Shown here: positions 8,117-17,798 of the stretch, piece after piece
Layout: the number at the start of each line of letters is the position of its first letter
Position numbering within the stretch: the stretch's first letter is position 1
DNA from: Guillardia theta CCMP2712
Taxonomy: Eukaryota > Protista > Cryptophyta
Assembly (NCBI RefSeq): GCF_000315625.1
Contig: NW_005434524.1
Span: 1-45,172 of the forward strand
DNA: 45,172 bases
Reading direction: 5' to 3'
Program-made: the position numbers and the translations under genes
The notes under the pieces: model-generated
The model's database searches: none
Told to the model about the DNA's origin: nothing
What the model saw: the letters and a program-made list of their open reading frames with translations, nothing else

Positions 8117-11100
8117 ATGTGCCAGCACTGCAAGGATCGACGTTCCTGCGTGCACAACCTTGAGCAAGATCTTGTATCGTCAAGACCCAGTTGGCAGGGC
8201 ACCATCGCCAAGATTGAGAAGGTCCGCAAATACGCTAACAACTTGAGGAAGCCGTTTGCCGAGAGACTGGACCTAGTCAAGTGCCACTACATCTTCGGGA
8301 TGCAAGGGATAGATACCTCTGCTGTCGATGAGTTGAAGCAGCTCCTGTCGCGCGGGGAGCTCGGGAGCTGCTACAACGCCGAGGAAGGCATGCTCAACAT
8401 GTCTTTGCGGACAGATACGATGAAACGATATGTGATACGAGATCTGAGGATGAAGAGCCTGCCTCGCTGGATCTCCGAGCTCGGTGTCGCTTTTAAAGTC
8501 ATCGACGTGTCCGGTAACCCCAGCCTCTCCCGCCTTCCCTTGGACGAGCTCTGCAGCATGGAGTCTAGCCTGCAGGAGGTCAAGTGTGAGAGCTGCGTCA
8601 GGCTGCAGCTGCCTCCCCCTGAGATCGCCAGTCAGGGAGGAGCAGCTGCTTTCACGTACCTGCAGAGTGTCAAGAGAGACAGCAAGGCGAACAAGCGTAT
8701 CAACCTCATCCTTATAGGCAACGGAGAGGCAGGCAAGACGAGCGTGCTAAGAGCTCTGAGGTCAGACAAGGACAAGGCGGACAAGATCGAGGTAGACAGG
8801 AGGACGATCGGGATAGACCTGCACGAGTGGAAGCCTGAGGACGCTGACGGGCTGACGTTTGACGTGATGGACTTCGGGGGGCAGCAGATCTACGCCAAGA
8901 CGAACCAGTACTTCATCGTGAGGCGGGCCTTGTACCTGCTGGTGTGGAGCGTGAGGGCGAAGCGAGACAAGCAGAGCAAAGAGGATGGAGGGGGAGGCAT
9001 GGAGGAGCTGAAGAAGATGATCTCTACATGGCTGCGAGCTACGCAAGCGCGAGTGCCGGGAGCGAGCGTGTTGCTCGTAGTAACGCACATTGATCTTGCC
9101 GGGGAGAGCGAGGTGACGGATCAGTGTGAGGAGGTGAAGGCATGTGTGGAAGAGGAGCTGAAGAAGATGGCGGAGGAAGACGATGAGAACATCCTGCCGT
9201 TGCACGTTATCAATGATGGCGCGAGCTTCCGGGTGAACTGTCTTGAGGGACATGGAGTGAAGGAGCTGCGACGATCTGTGTGCAAGACTGCAAAGGACCT
9301 GCTGTGGTGGGAGGAAAGAATCCCTGGACCTTATCTGAGACTGAGAGAGGCTGTGGAGAAGCGAAAGTCGGGGTCTGTCTCGTACGTCAAGGTAGAGGAG
9401 TACAAGGAGATGTTGAGAGAGTCAGGGGTCAACGAGAAAGAGCACAAGGTGGTGACAAGCTTCTTGCACGACATGGGCGTGCTCAAGTACTTCGGTCATG
9501 AACTCAGTGCGGATGAAAGCAAGAGAGACCAAGGCAAGTACTCCGTCGAGGACACGGTCTTCATCGATCCCGTGTGGATGATCGATGTGTTCAAGGGGGT
9601 GATGCGACATGACTGGGAGCACCTGCTCGACTTCTTCCAGCAGGACCCCCAGCAGGGCCCGACGAAGTCCAAGAAGACGAAGAAGCTGCTGCACCTGGGT
9701 ATTATAGACGAGGACATGTTGATGTACTTGTGGCCACAGCGAGACAGTGACTTCTGGCGCAATGCGAAGACAGACAAGACATCAAGATCGGAAGAGGTAG
9801 GCTTCATCAAGAGCCATGTGGAGGTGCAGGAGGCGGTGGCTCTGCTTCGGGGCTGCGATCTGGCGCACTTCCTTGGCGTGGGGATGAAGGACTTGAAGGA
9901 TACAGACAACAAGAGCAGAGAGCTGCTGTGTCCCGGCATCATCCCGTCGTTCACGCATGAGCACAAGCGAGCAGTGACGGACAAGGACAAGCAGTCGCTG
10001 TGCGCAGCTCTCGAGTGCGAGTACAACATCTTCCCCGCAGGCTTCATTGACAGGCTGGTCGTGCTGTGCGCTGCTCGACACTTTGAGGTAGACTGCAGCG
10101 GCTCTATGGCGGTGATGAAGGGCTGGGGCCGGACGCTGCTGGTGAGCTGGCGGGAAGACAATGACAAGCACGTGCTGAGAGCTGATGCGTCGACGAGGCA
10201 GCAGATCGAGAACTTGCAAGAGGACTTGAAGCGACTTGAGGCGTTCTTCCCGGGGATGAATCGAAGAAGCAACGAGGAGAGGTCCGGCAAAGAGGCCGTG
10301 CAGGTAGGGATCTTCACGCATGGAGAGAGATCAGGAGAATGTGGGCTGGATATTGAAAGATCAGTGAAGGAGCTTTACAAGGCAGAGAACCTCCCTCTAG
10401 GTCTTACTTGTCAGATTCATCTATGTGACCGACGTGGAGATGCTGGTGATGAAAGTCTCGTGAACATCTTGTGTATATCGACAGAGTGTGTTGATGAGCA
10501 GGGAGCTATGCAAAGAGAAAGTAGCTTCAGCAAGCTGTGGAACACATTGACAGCGAGCAAAGCAGTTATCATCCCCGTCGTATTGCCAGACTACTACGAC
10601 AAGCAGATCAAGCAGAAGAACAGGTTCAACGATTGGTGGCCGCGGGAGATACAAGGGATGGAGCGATACCGGATCTTTCACGAGTACAAGAAAGAAGATG
10701 AAGTATCGAATGATGAATCATCGAAAGACAAAATATCAGTATATGAAAAGTCAATGCGAACGTTGTACGACGGCATCATCAAGAAGCTTCATCAGGGACG
10801 AGGAAGCTTCGAAGACTTGTACGAGGTCACCAGTCAGAACGAGCTTCTGTGCCAAGCTTGCTTGCATGATAGGTCTGAGTCTCAACCTGCCTCCCAAGGT
10901 GATCGAGCCGTGGGCAGGTTTGATCCGTCGAAGATCAAGGCAGCGCTAGATAAAGAAACCAGGGGTATGACAGACAGGCAGCAAGAGCTGGAGCAGGAAT
11001 ATGTCATCAAACACAAGATCATGATCAAAGCAATCACTTGCACAAGGGGTCATACGACAACCGTGAAGGAGGTGCTGGCGTTCAATGACTCGAGCTCCCC

Positions 11101-11938
11101 GTGTCCGTCTTGCTTGAAGGACAAGAGAGTCCCGCACTTCTTCAGCCGACCCAAGTGCTTGAGCATGCTCGCTCGCGATCTAACGGCTAAAATTCACTGC
11201 GACGGATGTCAGAGAGAGGTGGACGTGCTGGACATCACGCCGCCTCAGGTGTTCTTGAGCTACCAGTGGGGGCACGACAACTCGACGCAGAAGATGGTGA
11301 GGGATGTGAAGCGGCGGATCGAGGAGCAGACAAGCCTGCAGTGCTGGTTCGACGTGGAGGGAGGGATCAACCCCGGGGAAGATCACATGCAGAAGATGGA
11401 GCAGGGAGTGTCTCGATGCGAGGTGGTTGTGGTCTTTATGAGCGACAAGTACGTCAAGAGCGGCAACTGCAGGAGAGAGTTTGCTCGGGCGTGTGAGACA
11501 GAGAAGTACATCATCCCTGTGCTGGTGCCGGTGCTGTATGAAGAAAGTCGAGACTCAAAAGACTTGGAGTCAGAATCAGGCTGGAAGGGCGACAAGGAGG
11601 GTGAAGACTGGTGGAAGAGAATTGCGGAACTAGAGAAGGAGACAAGTGAAGCTGCCAACAAGGTCAAGGTCGACTGGAAGTTTCTCGCGTCATTCTCGAA
11701 GCCCTTGAAGATTCAAGCAAAGAGGGAGCAGCAAGAACAAGAGCAGAAAGAGAAGAACCATGATGGTTTGCATGTGTCAGGGCTGGAGGCGCTGGTGGCA
11801 GCAGTGCAGGCGAGGGTTTACCGGGGAGGCGTCGTATTTCACGACCAAAAGGAACTGCTCAACAGCATTCTTGATCGTACAAGCCTGCTGCAGTCAAAGA
11901 TGCGGTCAGGGATTGACAACCCTGATGATCTACCTTGA
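8117..11938 (+). CDS. Roco-family protein: short LRR, Roc GTPase, COR, Cys-rich Zn-ribbon-like region, C-terminal TIR
   Basis: G1 GNGEAGKTS, G2 RTIGID, G3 DFGGQ, G4 THID; COR motifs FLHDMGVLKYF and VFIDPVWMIDVFK; TIR VFLSYQW..CWFD..VVVVFMSDKYVKSGNCRREF; 1273 aa uninterrupted. Confidence 0.92.
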   Translation: MCQHCKDRRSCVHNLEQDLVSSRPSWQGTIAKIEKVRKYANNLRKPFAERLDLVKCHYIFGMQGIDTSAVDELKQLLSRGELGSCYNAEEGMLNMSLRTDTMKRYVIRDLRMKSLPRWISELGVAFKVIDVSGNPSLSRLPLDELCSMESSLQEVKCESCVRLQLPPPEIASQGGAAAFTYLQSVKRDSKANKRINLILIGNGEAGKTSVLRALRSDKDKADKIEVDRRTIGIDLHEWKPEDADGLTFDVMDFGGQQIYAKTNQYFIVRRALYLLVWSVRAKRDKQSKEDGGGGMEELKKMISTWLRATQARVPGASVLLVVTHIDLAGESEVTDQCEEVKACVEEELKKMAEEDDENILPLHVINDGASFRVNCLEGHGVKELRRSVCKTAKDLLWWEERIPGPYLRLREAVEKRKSGSVSYVKVEEYKEMLRESGVNEKEHKVVTSFLHDMGVLKYFGHELSADESKRDQGKYSVEDTVFIDPVWMIDVFKGVMRHDWEHLLDFFQQDPQQGPTKSKKTKKLLHLGIIDEDMLMYLWPQRDSDFWRNAKTDKTSRSEEVGFIKSHVEVQEAVALLRGCDLAHFLGVGMKDLKDTDNKSRELLCPGIIPSFTHEHKRAVTDKDKQSLCAALECEYNIFPAGFIDRLVVLCAARHFEVDCSGSMAVMKGWGRTLLVSWREDNDKHVLRADASTRQQIENLQEDLKRLEAFFPGMNRRSNEERSGKEAVQVGIFTHGERSGECGLDIERSVKELYKAENLPLGLTCQIHLCDRRGDAGDESLVNILCISTECVDEQGAMQRESSFSKLWNTLTASKAVIIPVVLPDYYDKQIKQKNRFNDWWPREIQGMERYRIFHEYKKEDEVSNDESSKDKISVYEKSMRTLYDGIIKKLHQGRGSFEDLYEVTSQNELLCQACLHDRSESQPASQGDRAVGRFDPSKIKAALDKETRGMTDRQQELEQEYVIKHKIMIKAITCTRGHTTTVKEVLAFNDSSSPCPSCLKDKRVPHFFSRPKCLSMLARDLTAKIHCDGCQREVDVLDITPPQVFLSYQWGHDNSTQKMVRDVKRRIEEQTSLQCWFDVEGGINPGEDHMQKMEQGVSRCEVVVVFMSDKYVKSGNCRREFARACETEKYIIPVLVPVLYEESRDSKDLESESGWKGDKEGEDWWKRIAELEKETSEAANKVKVDWKFLASFSKPLKIQAKREQQEQEQKEKNHDGLHVSGLEALVAAVQARVYRGGVVFHDQKELLNSILDRTSLLQSKMRSGIDNPDDLP

Positions 11939-11984
11939 CTCTGTGAGGATAAAATAAGCTAGCTAACTGAAGTATACGTGAGCA

Positions 11985-12707
11985 TCAGGAATTCGAATTA
12001 GTCGAATTAAACTCACGCATCAATTGACGAAGAAATGGCGTCGTCAATTCACGAAATGACAACCAAGAATCAGACGCAGTATTATCATAACCTTTCCATC
12101 TGATCAAGTACTGCACACGACGACCTTTCCCACGACGTGCTAAGATACGATCAACTTCGTAGAACTCACCATCGGGATACACAATGGGCTCAGGCTGTGC
12201 AACCTTATTGTTGAAACACTCGTCACGAAGATGATACGGTCGAAGCTTCGAAACGTTGAACACTGTGATCTTATGCATTTCCTGAAATCTGGAAGTAATC
12301 TCCAACTTGACTGTGCTGTCAGAAACCTTCCCCACAACAGTAAAGGGACCCACGAAAGGCAACATCATCTTGGGTATTGGCACTGACCACTTCAAATCCT
12401 TGGTAGACAACATCACCCTATCTCCAACCTTGTATTCGTAAGACCTTCGTTGTTTCGACAACCTCCTTTCTGTATGAATTTGTTGTACACACAACCTTCG
12501 GGAAGGAGGGAGAGCACCAGAGCAACCACTGTGCGGTATGAGTCTTTGGTCCGGTGTACCACATCGCTCCCACTGCTCGGAAGCGTTGGAATAACTTTTC
12601 CACTTCACGAGGTACTGCAGTCCACGACCACACTTGCGCTTGGCAAGAATCTGTTCAACTTCGATCTCGGGTCCATGACGAGTTTCGATGCTCGAGGAGC
12701 AGCGCAA
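11985..12707 (-). mobile_element. Ty3/Gypsy chromovirus remnant: integrase C-terminal GPY/F region plus chromodomain, preceded by a second partial chromodomain
   Basis: YKVGDRVML..FVGPFTVV..FNVSKLRPY; FYEVDRILARR..QYLIRWKGY..DSW; EVEQILAKR..QYLVKWKSY; no RT, DDE core or LTR seen. Confidence 0.85.
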
Positions 12708-13533
12708 GGGCGACAGCGAGGGAGGGAGAGAGAGCGAGAAGAAGAGGAGGGGATTGGTTTAGGTGGGTTTAGGTGGATGGGAATGTAAGGGGGAGTGGGA
12801 GGGGAGTAAATAATCTGAAAGAGTGGCTCGAGATTAACAGCCTGCTTGCTCATCAGTATCTTCATGCAGTCGGACAACAGCTCGCTTCTCTCATTCATCC
12901 TTCCGAAAGAGTGCTCGCAGGTGCCTTCTCTCTCCTCCTCCTCCTCCTCCTCCTCCTCCTCCTCCTGATCCATACTTGATCTCTCTCATGCTGGCAGACA
13001 TGCTAATGAGGCAGCAGTTGTCGACGAGATTCTCAGTCCGGTAAGGGGTATCAAGACTTGGCCATGCAGCTCTCTCAGCTATCTGGGAGCGCATGCCCGC
13101 CTACCCCCACTTGTCATACCCGTACCTATACACCCCTACCACACCTCAGCAAGACCTTAGTACTGATATGATCAGTGCTGCTGCCTTCATTTCCTCCCCC
13201 TTCTACCGATGGATCTTCAGTAATCTTGAAAGGTACTGTTCAGTTAGTGGAAGGGACAAACAAGAGCAAGCGGCAAAGGTATGGTCACCACAAACATTGA
13301 TGCAAGTGGAGGTTTATGTAAAATCGCCAGGTTTTTGTCGCACGAAACTCGTTGATACAACGCATCCGTCAAGTGATCAACTGGCCTTGCTCCATTCGAA
13401 CTTGTCTACGGCAGGAACGTCAAAACTCAACTGGCTCTCTAACCTGCGTCAGCCTCAGCTGAAGACCCAGAGTCTATCAGAGAAGCTATCGAAGTTCACA
13501 TGTAAGCCGCTCACGACGCCATGGATCTAATCC

Positions 13534-14169
13534 CTAGATCAACCGAGCAGCAGCTCGACCAGCGTCCTCATCGATCTCTTCATTGCCGCAGGTCCACCCG
13601 TACCTTGCATGCATGCCTTTATTTTCCACATTCTTCACCCTGAAGCTGTTGAGATTCTCCTTTGGAACGACAAACACTATCTCCACCTTCCAGCCTTCAT
13701 CCTTCCCAATGCCCAAAAGTTGCAGGCACTGTGCCATGTACCGTAATTTAAGGTCATGCGGCTGCCTAGTCGTGACCTGCACAAAGCGCACAAATTTTTC
13801 ACTCCAGTCAACAATCACTGCATCGTAGCCCCCCTGATTTCATTTCAATGGCTTCAGGCCCACCCTTGCTACTTTTGTCATTTCCCGCAGCTTATTGATT
13901 TCCATTGCTGCCAGCCTTATCACGTTACAGCTTTTCCAATCGTCGCCTTTCTCGGACCTCGTGGTAAGCTGCAGCCCTGCCCCTCCTATCCGAGCAAAGA
14001 ACAGCATCTCAAACAACCAACCCCGAAGTGTCGGATTCTCAGTTGCGTCAACGCGTTCTTCAATCTTCCTCACAAACGATTCTCCAAGCTTCTGTGCTAG
14101 CTCCATGGAAACAAACCTGCTGACAAGCGTCCAGTGCACCTCGTCTCGCTTGATCTGTCCTATGTTCAA
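13534..14169 (-). pseudogene. Crinkler/RHS-like C-terminal REase-fold fragment with an in-frame stop
   Basis: NPTLRGWLFEMLFF..KPLK*NQGGYDAVIV..VRFVQVT..HDLKL; the two listed ORFs are in one frame, split by a TGA at 13840-13842. Confidence 0.65.
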
Positions 14170-15110
14170 ACATATATTGGCGTGAGCCTCCTACAATCTG
14201 ATACTTTGACTCGATTTCTCATTCGCATCTTGCTCAGAAATCTTCTTTGCTCGAGAGGGAAAGGAAATGAGAGTGGAGAAAGCAAAGGTGACAGAAGAAA
14301 CAGAGGAGTTGCAACGGTAAAGCGCGCAAGGCAGTAAACCAAGAAATTGACAACAAGTGGATTACAGAAATTTACACTCACAGAGTTCAATTCATCTTTC
14401 TTCTCTGCCTCGTCCTCTCCGCCTTTCAAACGTAGGGGTAGTGGAGATCCAGCGCCTTGGCACGACTTACGGCTCTTGAGCTTGGCATACTTACCTGTCT
14501 CAACGGATCGAAGCGCAGATTCGGAGGATAGCAAGAGATGCAAGAAAAAAATTCAATTCCCTCATGATGGACAGTAGAAGTTCTGAAGTTCAAATCAATG
14601 TCTCTTGATACCACGAGTATAGCTGAGAGAAATGCGAACGCGAATCAGATTATTTGGATATCTTTCAAGCCTGCAAGCAGAAGTTCATAATTGTGGAGTG
14701 GACAGTCCAACTCAGTCCTCTCGTTTGCTCAGGAAATTGTCTCTTTATCTCTGAGGCGTGTTCACTCGCTTCCACCTGGACTCCACTTTACTCATCAGTG
14801 CGATGCACATTTTCCTTTGCTTTCCACTTCCCTTCACTTTCCTTCGCTTTCCGTTTCTCATCCTCACCTCACCTCTTGACAGTCTGTTTCTGCTTTGACC
14901 TGGCTGGTTGTGATTGATCTCTTCATCTTGGTTACTCTCTAGGCCGGCGGGAGACTCTGGCAGCGGCTCAGATAACCCCACCTCTGCAGCTCAGAGGAAG
15001 GGGTACTCTGCCCCCTTCCTCCCATGTATCGCTCGACCTCTTCTCTCTTCTCTCCTCTCTCCCTCTCTCTCTCCCTCCCTCTCGTCTCTCTAATATGCAA
15101 ACTCGCAAAC

Positions 15111-15590
15111 ATGCAGTTCGCTGATGGGAGGGAGCTGGACGGAAGTTTTATGCGCGGAGGAGATGAGAGCTCCAAAAAGGAGGTAGAGAAAGAGATCGAG
15201 GGGGTAGTGAAAGAGATCGAGGGGGTAGAGAACGATATTCAGGTTGTAGAGAAAGAGATCAAGAGCGTAGGGCAACAGGAACCGAGGAGGCATGCAGAAC
15301 TTCTTGAAGACAAGAAGCAGCTTCGCAAGGACAAGAAGCAGCTTTGCAAAGACAAGAAGCAGCTTCGCAAGAAAGAGCAGCAGCTTCGCAAAGACAAGAA
15401 GCAGCCAGAGTCAGATGCTGGGCTTGATCACCTCGGCTTGTGGAATGACAAGAAATACTTCCGTGTAGATACCTCTTACTTGATGGTGGTCGGCGATGGG
15501 AACAGCCGACACGAGCGTCTGCTCTATTACCCAGAAGCCTTCTTGAAGGAGCATACTTTCCTGAGAGAGCGGGTGCTTGACCGAGGGCAC
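15111..15590 (+). pseudogene. Coiled-coil (KQLRKDK repeats) N-terminal fragment of a Crinkler-like protein, truncated before the expected P-loop
   Basis: 21-bp repeats encoding DKKQLRK; LLYYPEAF..FLRERVL resembles the segment upstream of CRN-type NTPase domains. Confidence 0.45.
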
Positions 15591-16169
15591 CGACGGCGAC
15601 GTAATCCCTCTTGTCAGGCTGAATGTTGTAGCAGACGGCTTTTGTGTTCAAGTCGCAGGTAGTGAGGCTGACAGACCAAGGCTGCCGTTTCTGATCAAAG
15701 ATTTAGGAGTGAGATGCCGCGTCCACCTGCAAGGCGTTCCATTGACAAGGATGGGAATAGCCCGAATACTGCGGCAACGAGGAAACTCTTGGAGGGATTG
15801 AGCAGTGTTTCCTCGTTGTACGCCAAGATGATCTGCTACATCAAGCTATGTCATGAAAGAAGTGTCGCGGCTGGCGGTGCCGCGCGCGGCACCATTCTGA
15901 AATGAAAAGATCCTTGCAGTGTGGGAGGCGTGAAAGAGCGCCTCCGGGACCCTTCATGAGTCGTCTTGCATCTTTCTGTTTTTGTATCAATGAAATCTCA
16001 AAGCATTACTCTACTCTGCTTGGACTCCTCCTCAGTTCAAAGGTGGAAACGCAACCTTCGCCTTCTTCTTCTCCTCGCCTTTCTTCCATCCATATCCCTC
16101 CAGCGCCCCACAGTCTTCGACAGGGCTTATCCGGAACACCGGCATCCTCTGATTCAGGATGAGAAAGAT

Positions 16170-16360
16170 GATCTCCACCTTTTCCATGCACGACCTGGAG
16201 GAATGCCGAGGGCCGTGAGAGCATCCAGGAAGAAAGAAAGCTTCAGAGCATGCTTCTCTCTCACGGTTACCTGCACAAACACTGCCTTCTTGGCATTCTT
16301 GTGTACGATCACAGCATCGTATCCTCCCTGAAGCTCGCTGATCGGCCTAAAGCATACTGC
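16170..16360 (-). pseudogene. Second Crinkler-like REase fragment, paralogous to ~13600-13860
   Basis: FRPISELQGGYDAVIVHKNAKKAVFVQVTVREKHALKLSFF aligns with KPLK*NQGGYDAVIVDWSEKFVRFVQVTTRQPHDLKLRYM. Confidence 0.65.
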
Positions 16361-16371
16361 AGTGTGAGGGA

Positions 16372-16503
16372 GAGAATGATTGCCTTGCAGAGAGATGCGG
16401 GAAGGAGCTGCTGCTGCAGAAAGCCTTGGATGGAAAAACTTGTAACGATGAAGCAAGACTCAATAATCACTCAGATGTTGCCGAGTATCTTCAAAGTCTT
16501 GGC
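16372..16503 (+). pseudogene. Ankyrin-repeat C-terminal fragment
   Basis: Manual translation CLAERCGKELLLQKALDGKTCNDEARLNNHSDVAEYLQSLG (GxT..A...H..V..YL pattern). Confidence 0.55.
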
Positions 16504-16680
16504 ACGGAGTCGTCTCAGACTGAGCTATCAAGTCACTTTGATAAAATGATTCTCTTGCCTCAAATTCAAGCCTCACTCCTTCGTTTTCTACATGAGACTT
16601 CTGGGAACAGAGTGCCATAGTGTGACGAAGCTATCGATCTTCGCGTCTCAAGTATTTTCGCAGACTCTTATCGTCTCGCT

Positions 16681-17312
16681 CGAAGTCCTCTCTTCCCTGC
16701 CAGAGCTTCTCCGCTTGTTCATTGCGGAGGAAGGAAACAGTCACCGGGATCTCCTCAGCACTCGCTATCTCGTCTTCGAATTTCATCTTCAGCTTCTCTT
16801 CGTGATTGACATACACCGAGGAGATGCCCAGGAGAGTCATGGAGATGAAGGAAGTCACCTCGTTGCCTGCTGAGGCGGTGTATGTCTCGACCTTCTCCTT
16901 CTTGGCTTCTTCAATCTGCTGCATAAACCACTCTCTGGATGCGTCACTCCATCCAGTCAAGCTCACGTCGTGCCTGCTGACATGTCGAGCGGATGGCTTC
17001 TGCGATAGCGTCGGGGGTGCATCCCTCCACAGCCTTGCAAGCCTGGGCTGTCCTACTGTTCGGATAACGCTTCGCGAAGCTCTTCACTCTCTCGACGAGA
17101 TCAGCTTCGAGGACCGAGGCATCCACAAGCTCGCCCTGTGTGTATTGGCATGATCTCCGATACAGCAGGTTACGAACACTTTCATCATAATGAAGAACCA
17201 TACTTAGAAAGCTATTTGAACTATACAAACCTCTTGCTCGCAGCTTCCTTGGCGCCCTGGCGGCTTCCCCTACACCACGCGTGCAGCCATGGTGCCTGAA
17301 ATAACCGGCGCT
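16681..17312 (-). mobile_element. 3'-truncated, frameshifted relic of element A with intact 5' end and a single 19-bp unit
   Basis: High nucleotide similarity to 2047-2758; 22-codon internal deletion and a 14-bp frameshifting deletion; GCCTGAAATAACCGGCGCT at 17294-17312. Confidence 0.92.
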
Positions 17313-17335
17313 CTAAACCCTAAACCCTAAACCCC
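17313..17335. repeat. Interstitial telomeric tract at the 5' end of the element A relic
   Basis: CTAAACCCTAAACCCTAAACCCC. Confidence 0.92.
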
Positions 17336-17731
17336 GGGCCGGTTCAACGGGTTCACTTGCCAAGTTGACTGTCTGTCGAACTTGAAAGCCAGCGTGGCAG
17401 GTTTATCATATTAAGAGCAAGAAAGGCCGCCCCGCGGCAAACTTGGCATTACTGTCAGTATGCAGTACCAAGTTGGCAGCAAGTACCTGCTCCGAGGCTC
17501 GGAAGGTACTCGATGTTACTGTGGCCCTGTTTCATTGCCGGAATTCATGTTGTCGCTGACTCTGTACGGTAAATGGTACGGTGGCGACACGGGCAACTGT
17601 TTGAGTCTCACCCCCCCCCTTGTGTCTATCAGCAGCATTAAGTTTGAGAGAGGAGAAGTGGGCGACGCCGAGGGACTTCGGCGAGGCTGGTGGAAGCAGA
17701 ATGAACATAAGAATAAATTTCACATCAGATC

Positions 17732-17784
17732 CGAGTAGTCGTCTCCCAGCGAGTAGTCGTCTCCCAGCGAGTAGTCGTCTCCCA
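17732..17784. repeat. 3x 18-bp repeat CGAGTAGTCGTCTCCCAG just downstream of the helicase stop
   Basis: Direct observation. Confidence 0.85.
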
Positions 17785-17798
17785 CGACATCCCTGACT

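Noticed and set aside
8371-11667. Numerous antisense and alternate-frame ORFs within the Roco gene
   Set aside because: Expected shadows of a GC3-rich coding sequence
13840-13842. TGA at likely Trp positions (here and 6193-6195) suggesting UGA=Trp recoding
   Set aside because: Intact genes in the window (Roco, TBP-like) end in TGA and use TGG for Trp; simple TGG>TGA decay in pseudogenes explains it
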